A stretch of 63,377 bases of DNA, counting the filler, from Reticulomyxa filosa (lineage: Eukaryota; Protista; Foraminifera), in assembly GCA_000512085.1 (NCBI GenBank). It is 17 parts of 17 records of this genome, joined end to end, with 100 filler letters (N's around TTAATTAATTAA, not from the genome) between each part and the next. Parts side by side here need not be neighbours in the genome. Positions count along the whole stretch, not along the records: positions 8,134 to 20,225 come from ASPP01000809.1; positions 20,326 to 28,809 come from ASPP01020094.1; 15 more parts are not named here. One strand, 5' to 3'. Position numbers and translations under genes: made by a program. The notes below the pieces were generated by a model that did not search any database, was not told the DNA's origin, and worked only from the letters and a program-made list of their open reading frames with translations. This document shows, one piece after another, positions 12,050 through 23,637 of the stretch; positions within the stretch are counted from its first letter, which is position 1; each line of letters begins with the position of its first letter.

Positions 12050-14063
12050 TCAATGTTCATGATACTCACAGAGTTTTTCATACATGTCAGTTTTGGTAAA
12101 TCGAGCAAAGGAATCTCGAATCAAACCAAACATCTCTCGAATGCATTCATCAAAGAAAGAAGCAATTTGAGTAGTGGAGTAGTCGTCAAGGTTTTTTTGC
12201 TTGGAAAGAAAGACGAGTGCCATTCTTTGAGAATGGGAAATGTTTAGACAGTAGGGGGCATCGGTCGTAATAAATTTAGCAACCAGCAGTTGAAACTTTT
12301 CAAGTATCGTTTTGGACGTGTTAAACACAATTTCGGATCGAACTATACTCTCAGGCAGCAACGACTTGTGTGTTTCGCGATTCGGCGTTTCTTCATCTGA
12401 GGTTTGACTCAGCACAAAAGTTTTGAACTGTATTAATTCAATCAGCCCTATATGTATACAAACATGTATACACATTAAAAAAAGAGCCACAAATTGTATG
12501 CGCGCGAGTGTACATATGTATGCATGTAGAAGAGGCAAACCAATTAAATTTTCGTGGGCAAATTCAGCAAAAAGGAAGTCCATAAAAATATGCAAGGATT
12601 GAATATTAGACAAGATATTTTCCAAGGAGAGAACAAAGCGTTTGTCGAAGTGACTAGAATTCGGAAGATTAATATTGAGATTAGGATTAGCATTATGGTC
12701 ATGATTATAGTTGTAGTTACCTTCAGGGGGATCATCTTTGACACGTGGACGAAAGAAAGGTTTGGACGAGTAGAGCAGAAAAGATCTAATCAATGTGTTT
12801 TGTTGGTGAATTTGTTGTCTGTCGATGGTGGTGGAAGGAAAAGGAGACAAGTGCTTGATGGTGTCGCGATGGTCCTCGATAAAGCCGAGCAGATTGTTCC
12901 ATTTCAGCACCTTGTAGTTGGTCGATATCAGAGTGCCCAAGTATCCAACGCAAAGGATGGGGATGTTGATCGACGAGTACCAAAAGTATGACAAATACTG
13001 CGGTGCCGTCACCACCACTATCGAAAGCATTCCATGCACAACCACAAAATAAAGTCCCCAAAACAGCAAGTCTTTCAATTCTCTTTTCAGATATATGTAA
13101 TCCACATAAGCGGGCATGCGCACCCTTTTTTTTTTAAAAAAAAAGGTAATGTTTTTCTTAAGGTTCAAAAGTGTAATACGATTGGTGAAAACACTTTTGT
13201 TTTGTTTTTTTTGATAAAAAATTTGATTGGGTGCGATTCGATGAAAAAGTGAAACACAAAAAACACAAACCATATTAAAATCACAAAAAGCGTGACAATG
13301 AGAATACATCCATCGGCGCCAATTCTGCCAAATGACTCCCACTTGTTAATGTCACAGAAAAAGACAATGGTCGCGCCGATAAGGTAAGTCGGCAGCAACA
13401 GTCTTGTCAACAGCCACTTCGGGTTGCCCAATGTTGATTTATTTTCCGTCGCCACAAACCACTTGTATGAACTATTTTTTTTGTCGGATAATGCATTTGA
13501 GTCGATCTTCGTCATCCATTTTCCATTCGATAAGGCAATGTTATAATGTATATTGTAATACCTGCAAGACACAACCCATTCTACAACATTCTCTTTTTAT
13601 CCCAAAAAAAAAAGTGTGTATATGCATATATATATACGTGTACAAATATGTGAATAAATTTTTTTTTTTTTTTTGGAGGTACCCCTTTCGTTCCCGTTCT
13701 TGATCTTAACAAGAGCCATACACGAGTAAGTAGTAGTCCCAATGCACCCGAGTTTCCATAAACAAAGAACATCGAACTCAGTATATCCAAAGTCCGCTTT
13801 GCCGTGCTTATGTGGGCGCTGTGAGATTCTTTAAGTTCATCGAAACATGCAAAACACAAACGCAACGGCGGATAGAGGGATAGTGCGACCAACAAACATA
13901 CACTTGAATAAAATGATAGCACGTATTGACGGTTGTGCAGAACCGGTAAAAAACGAATCTTCAACGCCTGATGTAGCCAATACCCACCAATACAAGCACA
14001 CAAAAGTGAAAATACACTTTCTATCACTATTACCGCAATCACTAGTGCATCTTTGTTTGACAT
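12050..14063 (-). CDS. Multi-pass (7TM-like) membrane protein with C-terminal RGS domain
   Basis: Hydrophobic helices from MSNKDALVIAV... onward, then LENILSNIQSLHIFMDFLFAEFAHENL...KFITTDAPYCLNIS...FFDECIREMFGLIRDSFARF (RGS box). Introns include 13125-13270 and 12448-12540. Confidence 0.8.
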
Positions 14064-14356
14064 TTCGCCATGCAGGGGGAATCCAAAAAAAAAAATTCTT
14101 TCAAAGAAAAACAAAAAGATATTTTAATTTTATTCTGAAGAAACGCATTTTTTTTTTGTCCCAAGCAAAATTGTGGGATTGTAACTTAAAGAAATAAGCA
14201 AAACTTGTAATATTTACGTTTCACTATTTAATGTTTTGGTATATGATGCATTTGAAAATAACTTTGGAAGAAATCTGCAAAGAAGTAAGAAAAAAAAAGG
14301 AAAAAAGACGAACACGACATCCCCCATAAGGATTTCTGGCTTTAATTTGAGTTGAG

Positions 14357-14923
14357 TCATGTTGTTTCTCCTTCAATAGCCGTAACAGCAGTACTTTCCT
14401 CAGCCGGATCGGGTGTCATTTGAATGCTAAAGTGGCACTTTGGAAAGTCGGATATTTCGACTTTGACACTTTGGACACTACAGCCCAAATTGACCAAAGC
14501 ACCTTGAATCATCCCAGAGGCAATGTGTAAGTAATAATAAGCAAATTGTTTCATAACTTCTTTGTTTTTCATGTGTGATATTTTGGAAATCCATGGATGG
14601 TCAAAATCATGGATGACATACGTGCCTTTATGATTCGTTTGCAGTTTATCGACCTGAGCCTTTTTAAACGCATAATTCCAAAACTCCTTGCAAATAAATT
14701 TGATCATGTCCAACTCCTTTTCAAAGCGATCTTTGTCCAATGTCGTTCGTTCTGATATACGTATGCCAATATGCTTCCCTATTTCCAGCAGTTTGCCGTG
14801 AATTATCTCTGTATTGTAATTTTCTTGCGAGAGCAAGCTATGATAATGGCGAACGATCCCTAATAATAGATATTCGTGGCATGAGAGGGCTACCCTCGCT
14901 GTTACGCCAGTTGCGGCGGACAT
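14357..14923 (-). CDS. TRAPPC6: Trafficking protein particle complex subunit 6 (Trs33)
   Basis: LLEIGKHIGIRISER, LDMIKFICKEFWNYAF, QVDKLQTNHKGTYVIHD and GMIQGALVNLG motifs; intronless, 188 aa. Confidence 0.92.
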   Translation of the reverse strand: MSAATGVTARVALSCHEYLLLGIVRHYHSLLSQENYNTEIIHGKLLEIGKHIGIRISERTTLDKDRFEKELDMIKFICKEFWNYAFKKAQVDKLQTNHKGTYVIHDFDHPWISKISHMKNKEVMKQFAYYYLHIASGMIQGALVNLGCSVQSVKVEISDFPKCHFSIQMTPDPAEESTAVTAIEGETT

Positions 14924-15450
14924 GTCAAATTAACAAAGGGGGAAAATACAAAAAAACAGAAAAAACCTTGGGAAACTTAAGAAAGACTGTTCTTTTATAT
15001 ACTTTTTTCTGTCGTACGAAATTTTTTTCTTGAGCAGTATTAATAAAAAGGGAGGTTGGGTACTTTAAAAGGGACGGAATGTGTTCTCTCTTATACTCGA
15101 TTAAATAAACATTAGCTGACGAAAATGTGGTGATGTTTACCACCATTATATTCAAAATAGTGTGGAGCTAGAAAAATGTTGCGTAACATGCTGAGTTGCG
15201 ACAAGTGTTACATTTGACTTTCCAAAAAAAGTATTTTGCAAGTAAATTGAGGAATTAACTCCATACACATTCACAAAGGGTAAAAGAAAAAAGGAGGAAA
15301 AAAGAGTTTACAAGGAACAAGCCAAAGCAATGACAGAACCGCACCAATAATAAAAAAAAACTTGATTCTACACTTTCACTTCAACACTGCAATAATGGCG
15401 TGTAAACATATGATATGTTTATATATGGTGATTACCGTCATTCCTTTTTT

Positions 15451-18400
15451 TTACTTAAAGGGTTTTGTTTTGAGTCCAAACTTATAAGCGGATGAACCTG
15501 GATCTTTTGGATTGATCATGACCTGTACTCCAAAAATGCATCGTGACTGTGGGTTAACTTCAAAGGCACAACCTGCGGCCAAGTCAGGATAACCTAATGC
15601 ATTTTGAATGTTGTCTAAATCCCCTTTCATGCTGAACACCATGATTTGGTCTTCCGATGTGTTGATTCCACCATACAAGTCCATTTGTCCAACTCGCAAG
15701 TGTTTGCGTACCAATGAATGCCATTTTTTCTCTTCTCCAAATTTCATTACAAAATCTAAGAGAGCCTATTGTAAATGTGGAATTATTGTTATTGTTATTA
15801 TTGTAGCTTTCAATTACAATAAAAAGACATGTCAATTTTCAATAAATAAATAAACTTCGTCAATCTCTGCTCTTCCAAGTGCTCCAGCAATCTTCATGCC
15901 CAAACGACTACCAGTGGAATGACAATGAGCACTAAGTGCAACGCCTCGAGTATTTCCACTTTTGGAATTCCAATGGCGTCCGCTCGTGAATGGGATCAGC
16001 AGATAGCTTCCTTCTTCTAAGCTGTCAGGGTAATGTCGCGAGTCACTGCCAAAAGATTCAAAGGAATGACGGGCGTTTTCCATGCCCAAAAACCCAACGG
16101 GTTCTCTGCCGCCGTCTGTTTCTCTGAATACAAACACGCACAAATCCAAATTGGTTGGAGCGTCTTGTTCACGCTCGTCCTGTTGATATATGCCAATCCA
16201 TTCCAATTTGCCACCTTTTTGGCACGATCAATCGAACCAGCGGAGCGGTCAGTTCATTCTTTTCAAAGTCAAACGACAAGTCTGCTCCAATGCGAGCTTC
16301 CACCCAATCTCTGCGGCAATAGCAAACGGTGATACTTGAAAAGTAGTCTAAAAAGTCTTCCCATGATATCCAAAATGCTCCGTCATCAGGATTTAATGAG
16401 GGTTTGAACACTTCTTTTGCTTTCTTTTTTTTTTTTTAATTTTTGCAATTAAATCAAAAAATGAGAGAAACTGTTTGCAAAGAAAGAAAGAAAGAAAGAA
16501 TGACCTGCGTCCACAATGGCGAGAAATCACTCCAATCACCTTTCCACTCGCCATGACCCCAAGGATTTCGCATACACAGCAATCGTACCACAGGGTCCAA
16601 TCCTTGCTTGGCATCCAAAATAGTATATGAATGGTCGACCATCAATCCCGCTTCTTCGGGGGCAGACTTTGACGTTTCGTCACATGCGGCGCTCATCAAG
16701 TTATCTTCCGTTCGGTTCCATTCCAGCAATTTTTCCCATAAGCCATTTGTCTCTTCGGGCTGTATAAGAAAGTGGTTAAATGTGTAATGCAAATTTGCCG
16801 TTTACATAAAAAACATAAATAAACAAACAAATGACGAAGAAGAAGAATTAATAACATTGTGAAGATCAAAGATATGTGCAGGACAGCCCGTCAAATCAGG
16901 GAGCGAGTAATAAGGATTGCCAGCAATCAAGCGCTCATAACAGCCGTATATTTTGGCATACGCCTTTTCCAACAACGCCACCCACAACTCGTCTTCTTCC
17001 GTTTTCGTGTACAAAGGACCGGAGAATGGCCGACAAGGAATGAAATCGTCCAACAGCACCACTTTCCACAATCCATTGTGGCAAAAGCGAACCTCATAGC
17101 ACCCTATTTTTGAGTATCATACGTATCATGCCGACATGGATTGGTTTGTGTAAACTTTGAATTCCGATTTGTACAGGTTTGGTTTCCCTCTCATTCAACA
17201 CTTTTTTTTTTTTTTTAAAAAAAAGTTAACCTTCTTTCGATGTCTGATCTGACACGAACAATTTTTCAATCAGATTCGGACGCTCAGCCATAGAGGCCAA
17301 AGAACAACAAAACCAACAATTGCCAAGTCTTCCTTGCTGAACATCGGAGGGGTTGATGCCATCTTTAAAAATGACAGGCTTAAGACAAAAGTCTGCGGCT
17401 CTTCGCCACATGGCCTGCTCCTCAACCACTTTGGCTGATTTGTCACCCTCAACATACAATGACTGGGCAGACGGGTAAAAGTCTTCGTCCACAAATTTTA
17501 ATCCGTTCGTTGTCAATTGAGTACGAATGGTTTGTAAGTCGCTATTCAAATTTATGCCGGCTTTTTTCAACAAATCGTACTCGTTGCGAATTCTTTCGGA
17601 CGTTTGAGTTATGTATTTATTTATTATCATTTTTTTTTTTGCACTTTCTTTTATTTTTTTGTTTGAGTCACATGCCATGCCTTTTTTTATACATAAAAAA
17701 AAATATCGTCTTAACCTGTTGTGATTCATTGCCAAGGCTGTCTCCAAAATTGCAGGGTGAACATCGGCGGTTGTCCATTGCATTTTAACTGAAAATTTGA
17801 AAGGATCAATGCGATTGCGTGAGATCAAACACACCGTTTCCAACTCGAACGGTTGCAAGTGGGCATCCACACGTTGACCGGTTATGCCAAATGTGCCTTG
17901 AATCTGTATACATTTTTTTTTTAACATATCATTTTTTTTAAATTATAATTTCATGCTATCATATATTTTATATACAATACATATTCATCATATATATAAA
18001 AAAACAAAAGAGAAAAAAAAAAAGCAACGACAATTTCAGGCAAAATTAGACAGTGTCGAATTAAACAAAAAAAATAATTAATATTTTGTTAAAACTTTGC
18101 CTTTTTTAAAAACAAAAAAAAGGGGGAGAAGAAACGTATACTTTCTTTTGTTTGTTGGAAGGTTAACTTTTTACAAAATACTGAATAAAAATGAAAACAA
18201 TACCAAACTTCATGGTTTGTGGTGCCTGTAAAATCCAAAATGTACGAGAATCCAGTGAATTGGTGAATTTCTACTTCATAGGCACGAAACCAAGTCACGT
18301 CCGACTGGATGGTTTAGATACGTATGTAATATGTTTTAGTTGTATTTTTTATTTCTTATTTTTTTTTTGTTCATATGGATTTGCTCTTACCTCCCACTCA

Positions 18401-18752
18401 TAGATTCTTTGAGTTGCAACGCCTTTCAAATCAGTTACTTTCGGCTCAATATACGATGGCCATAGTTGCTCTCGGTCAGGAGCTGTATAATACATTTTAC
18501 GTCCTCTTTTGAAGTAAAAAATTAATTTTCTCGCTTTTTTCACTCAAACCAGAGCAAGAGGAAGAAAAAAAAAAAAGAAACAGCTTTGAATACCGTCCGG
18601 GTGTCTCATTCTCCATATTTGATCACGTAACATAGATTTTTCTTGTTCCGATATGTTCGAAGACTCGGCTGTCCCAACCCAGTGAACATTGATGATTATA
18701 GAGTAGAAAAACTATGCATTGTTACCAAACTTGTTTTATAGCTCACCGCCAT
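15451..18752 (-). CDS. Calpain-family (C2) cysteine protease, multi-exon
   Basis: Intact triad: QQGRLGNCWF (Cys), DHSYTIL (His), MRNPWG (Asn). Also ELWVALLEKAYAK, DDGAFWISWEDF and domain III EGSYLLIPFT. The 5' exons (18089-18752) are less certain. Confidence 0.88.
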
Positions 18753-20503
18753 CGTTTGCTTTTTTTCAGAAACAAGGGGTTAACTTTTTTTACAAAAAAA
18801 AACTCATTTTTGTTTACTTGTTTTTTCTTTGACGTTTTTTGTTTTATGGAATTTTTTAATAAAATTTCCTTTTTCAAAAAACAGAAGAAAATATGAATAA
18901 AATTGCTGTTATTGGCCTGCAATGCAAACGCAAGAGTAAAGGGAATGCATATACAAACGTTTCATTGAAACGAATCAAAAATAAGAAATAAAATACAATG
19001 TAAAGGTTTTATATGCATTATCATTTGTTATTTATATGATTATATTACTTAAATAATTTTACGATTTGAAATATATGAGTGATAAAACAATCACAAGGAT
19101 ATGGAAATATACGAAAAGTGTGACCTTTTGTAATGTGCGATGTCTATTTCAGCAACTAGTAATACAATATATCCGTTTGCACAAAATCACATATACTTAG
19201 AAATATGCACCTAACGATTATTATTTTTAATTGTCCGGAATGAATAGTTTAAAGAAAACGACAACTCTTCAGAGCACAATGTATCGTGTAAATGAATCAA
19301 ATGCTCTTTCACATTCCATTGGAGTGATAAGTATTACCCATTCTCATCATCATCCTCATTATCATACTCACCATCCTACTCTTCCTCCGACACATTCCCA
19401 TCCTTCGCATTCGAAAAAAAGTGTCAGCATTTCGCAATGGACAAACAAAAATGAGCGGAACTCATGTCTGGAGTAGAATTGCCACAGCATCCGGATAGCA
19501 GTCACAACAACAGTGACAACAATAAAGAGTCCAAGGTGAACACTAGTGTAAGTCCGACTAAAATTTCAAAAAAAAAAAATCATTAAAACACCATTCATCA
19601 TTGATATTAACTTTTGTGAAAAAAGTTGTATTTTGAAGGTGAAACACTTCGAACATGTCAGATACTTCGACAGTGAAAGTTGAAATTTTGGGACGATATC
19701 AGTCAAAAAATTTCGCGCAAGTCAAGGAAAAGCAAGCGAACAAGAAAAAGAAAGAATTACTTTGAGTCTTTTATCGAGCGAAGTGCTAACAAGAAAGACG
19801 TTTGGCAAGGCTTGCCGACAAAATCAAGATATAGTCAGCACCATCATTATTTAGTGAGGTTGTTACGGTATATTCCATTTGCAGACATAATCGAGAGATG
19901 CTATATTCAGGACTAGAAACATTGGCTCATAAAAGAATTTATGCTTTTACCAGTCAGTATTTTGAGTTTGTAAAAGAGGCTCCCGGAGCAACAAAACTTT
20001 TGAATGCTATTCAAAACAGATGAAGTCTTCCACAATTACGAGATTGAAAACATCCACCAAAACAATGACAGGGACATATCTAAATCGATTACAAAATCCG
20101 AATTTAATTAAAAAAATTTGATTGGTAATCAAACAAAGATTTTAAAGAAACAAGATATCATCTATTGATTTATCAAATAAAGATCGAAAAAGAGGACTAT
20201 ATGAAGTTGAAGACGATAGCAAAGCNNNNNNNNNNNNNNNNNNNNNNNNNNNNNNNNNNNNNNNNNNNNTTAATTAATTAANNNNNNNNNNNNNNNNNNN
20301 NNNNNNNNNNNNNNNNNNNNNNNNNAAAAAAAAAATCCAAAGGAGCAAGGAAAAATGTGCTACCACGTTCCTCGCACATTGTTCCAGACGTCAAGTTTTT
20401 TTTTTTTTGGACAACGAAAGGACATTGCAAAAAAAAAAAAAAACAAGTGACATGACGTGTAATGTTTTTTTTTTTCCTCTCTAGTATTTGCAAAAGGCGA
20501 CTA

Positions 20504-21423
20504 TCATATAATGTCCCACTCCATACGTATACTTTTTTTTTTTTTTTTTTTTGATGGGAAAACAAAATAATAATAATAAAGACTTGGGCTGTTGTAAACG
20601 ATGGCAAAACCATCATCATCATTTGCGTTAGACAAGATGTGTTCGCTGATTTTGGGAGGGCCGGGATTTTGTGGATTGGTAGTCACAAGTTGGTCGTGTA
20701 TATGGGCTGAATGGATGTTTTTTTTAATTGAGTCCTGTCGTTCAGCAAATGCTTCCAAATGCTGATATTTCAACCACATATCTTTCGTGGCGCACCATCG
20801 GATAATGCTGTAACACTGACAAAAACAGACGTGCTGTGAACGCATACCAACTGATGTTGTTCGAGATGTCCATACATTAAACTTGCTATTGCCATACAGA
20901 GATAAACATAATATTGAAAATACTATTCCAAAGATGCAACAGCTGAATTCCAGTTCATAATTATACAACCAATTTCTACAATCGAATTTCCAACCTGGAA
21001 AATCCAAACGTGCCACGGACGAAAACAAAAACACTTGGCCCACAAAGCTTTCTGCTTTGTTTGTTTGTTTTTTATCAAAAGATCCTTTTTTACATTCTTC
21101 AACACATTTTTTTTACACATTTCAAAAACTACTCCTTTTCTCATCATGAATAGTGAAAGAAAAGAGGGTTGAAAAAAAAGCTTGGTGCACTAACGATTGC
21201 CGTCGTGAGCTATTTTGCATAGAATAGATATCAATTGCACCCAAATCCAACAGGACAAAATCCTAAATGTCCAATTGGATTTGAAAAGAGCTGCCGTGAT
21301 CATTAAGGTGCATATCATACAACCTGCGGATATCAAATACCAACTATACCAGTCATGAGCTACTTTTTCACAAAAATGTGAACATGATACATTTTCTACA
21401 AAGCAGGTTGTGTTGGATGACAT
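20504..21423 (-). CDS. Small multi-exon membrane protein of unknown function
   Basis: MSSNTTCFVENVSC... followed by hydrophobic segments in ORFs 21190-21564 and 20504-21043; 3' end not resolved. Confidence 0.5.
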
Positions 21424-21624
21424 TTGCGAATAGTTATTATTTTGGAGAAACAGTTTTTTGAAAAAAATCCCTTCAACAAATTTTGTAACAATACTAAAAA
21501 AAATTTTTAAAGGTAACAAAATTTGTGCTTTAAGTAGTACTGTCTTCTTATTCGTTGTTGACAAAATTGTGGTAGAGCTAACGAATTTTTTTGAAGGGTG
21601 CTCTAAAAGTATCGCATTTCTAAT

Positions 21625-22250
21625 ATGCCGCGATTCAAGAAAACTGCCCCAATCCTACTATGGAAAAAACTGCCTCCAAAAACCTTACGACATGCATGTA
21701 TTGAAAGGCCTCGAAAACATCATGATCTTCACTGGGGAAATTTCGGCATCCAGGCGCTGTACCCTGGTACGCAAACATCAAACCAAGTCTCACATTGTTT
21801 TTGTTTGTTTATTTTATCTTATTTGGACAATTAAGCTTTGTGTTTTGGCCCTCAACTATAGCCACGGTAAGGCAAGAGCACGTTGATCGAATTGATATGG
21901 TGTTGCGTACCATGGTGAAAAGAACAGACCCAAATGCGGACACTCATTTTTTTTTGAACTTTTGGTTTCCAGTAACAAGGAAACCAGAAGGGGCAAAAAT
22001 GGGTGGTGGTATTGGCAAATTTGATCATGTGGTTGCCCCAATCCGGGCAGGTGAAATCTTTTGTCAAATTCGTAGTGACTTTCCCATGGGCGTGGTACAT
22101 GCTTATCGTTGTATCAAGCAAAAAATGCCCATGCGCACACGTCTAGTACGCACCAATTTTAAAGGAGAAATTGTTAAGAGATTCGCACCTTTGAACGTTG
22201 AGGTTACTGAAGCGTGGAAACTACACATTTCACCAAATACAAAAGGATAG
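21625..22250 (+). CDS. MRPL16: Nucleus-encoded mitochondrial ribosomal protein L16 (uL16m)
   Basis: LHWGNFGIQAL and FPVTRKPEGAKMGGGIGKFDH...IRAGEIF...KMP motifs. Removing the GT-AG intron 21767-21861 joins the two ORFs in frame. Confidence 0.82.
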
Positions 22251-23637
22251 TGTTTAATGTGTTCACTGGGAATCATGCAAATCGCATAACCATGCCGAAC
22301 ACATCTCTTAAAAATTTCTTGTTTTAATGCACAAGCTAAACCTACCAAATAAATTACTGTTGGATATGTCACCTATTTTTAAAATTGCCTAAAGAATTCG
22401 TCAATTTTATCGCAATTCTTGTTTTTTATTAACAAAATCCAACTTTTTAAAAATATGCTCAGCAGTTAATTTTGAATTAAATGCACCAACCGAAAAGATT
22501 GTTTTAAACACTGAAAAATTTTTTAATTAAGCATATTACGAAAAATATATTGTGTATTTTGTTTCGCCGTGCAAAAATAACAAATCGAATGCATAAAATT
22601 GTTCAATGTTATGTCAAAATGAGGATTGAAAGTAAGCAAAAAGATAAAGATTTCTCATTGATCTGATAGAATGAGAGCCCGATAATTAGGAGTAAGCATT
22701 CTTGAATTGAATAGCCGTATCTAATATAAGGATAACTACAAAAATGTTTACCCGACCTTGTCAAGTTAAGTTTCTTCCGTGAAAGCAAACAAATCTTCAT
22801 TTCAACTAGTCCAAAAAACTGAAAAATGCATTATACTTAAAAACAAATTATCTGCAACAATACAAGGCAATTCTTTAAAAAAATACGCCTGAGTAATTTT
22901 TCTTTAACAAAGAAAAATGTCTCAGAAAAAAAAACCCCTTTGTAGCGGTTAAAAGCCCCTACTGAAGTGAGTGTCATACATACATTTTTGAAAGATTTTA
23001 TGGGGAAAAAAAAATTTAATTGATGAGCAAATCGTTGTCGTAAAAGATCACTCAATTCCAGCAGTCAACCACAAGATCAAAAATTAGATACGAAACAAAC
23101 AAGCAAAAAAATGTCCTGTGAAACGCTGCTCCTGGAAATAAAGAATAAACACAAGCTTTTACAACATGAAAGAATTAAGCCCAACCTTCAAATCATCAAA
23201 CAATCTTTTGTTGATAACGAACGACCTCTTCAAAAAACACACTTGATTCACAAGAAAAATTGTGGTAACAAGTAAACGCGATCATGGATTATTACAATAC
23301 GCGATTAATTGATCCACTATTATTTCTCGTCCCGAGTGATTACTCTTTTTTTTTTTGGTGTAAGGTCACACAAGACAAACCATTCCATACTTTTTTCCTA
23401 TGTTTTTATAATCGAACAAATCCCTATGTCCTCTTTTTTCCCCTCCTTTATTTTAAATGTTCCTGTTGTTGTTTTTTCCCCCTTTTTTTAGGTCCGAAAA
23501 GTGAAAATTACAAAGCAAACGAGTTTTTTTGACACAATAATCACCCTTGCATTTGAACTGAAAAGCCAAAGGGGAAAAAAACCACAACAAGTAGCTTGCC
23601 CCGTGCAACATATGTTCCAAAGTAATTTTTTTTGTTT

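Noticed and set aside
19231-20225. His-rich ORF and downstream stop-interrupted frames
   Set aside because: Probably a decayed gene, but two frames are equally plausible and no family was recognised.
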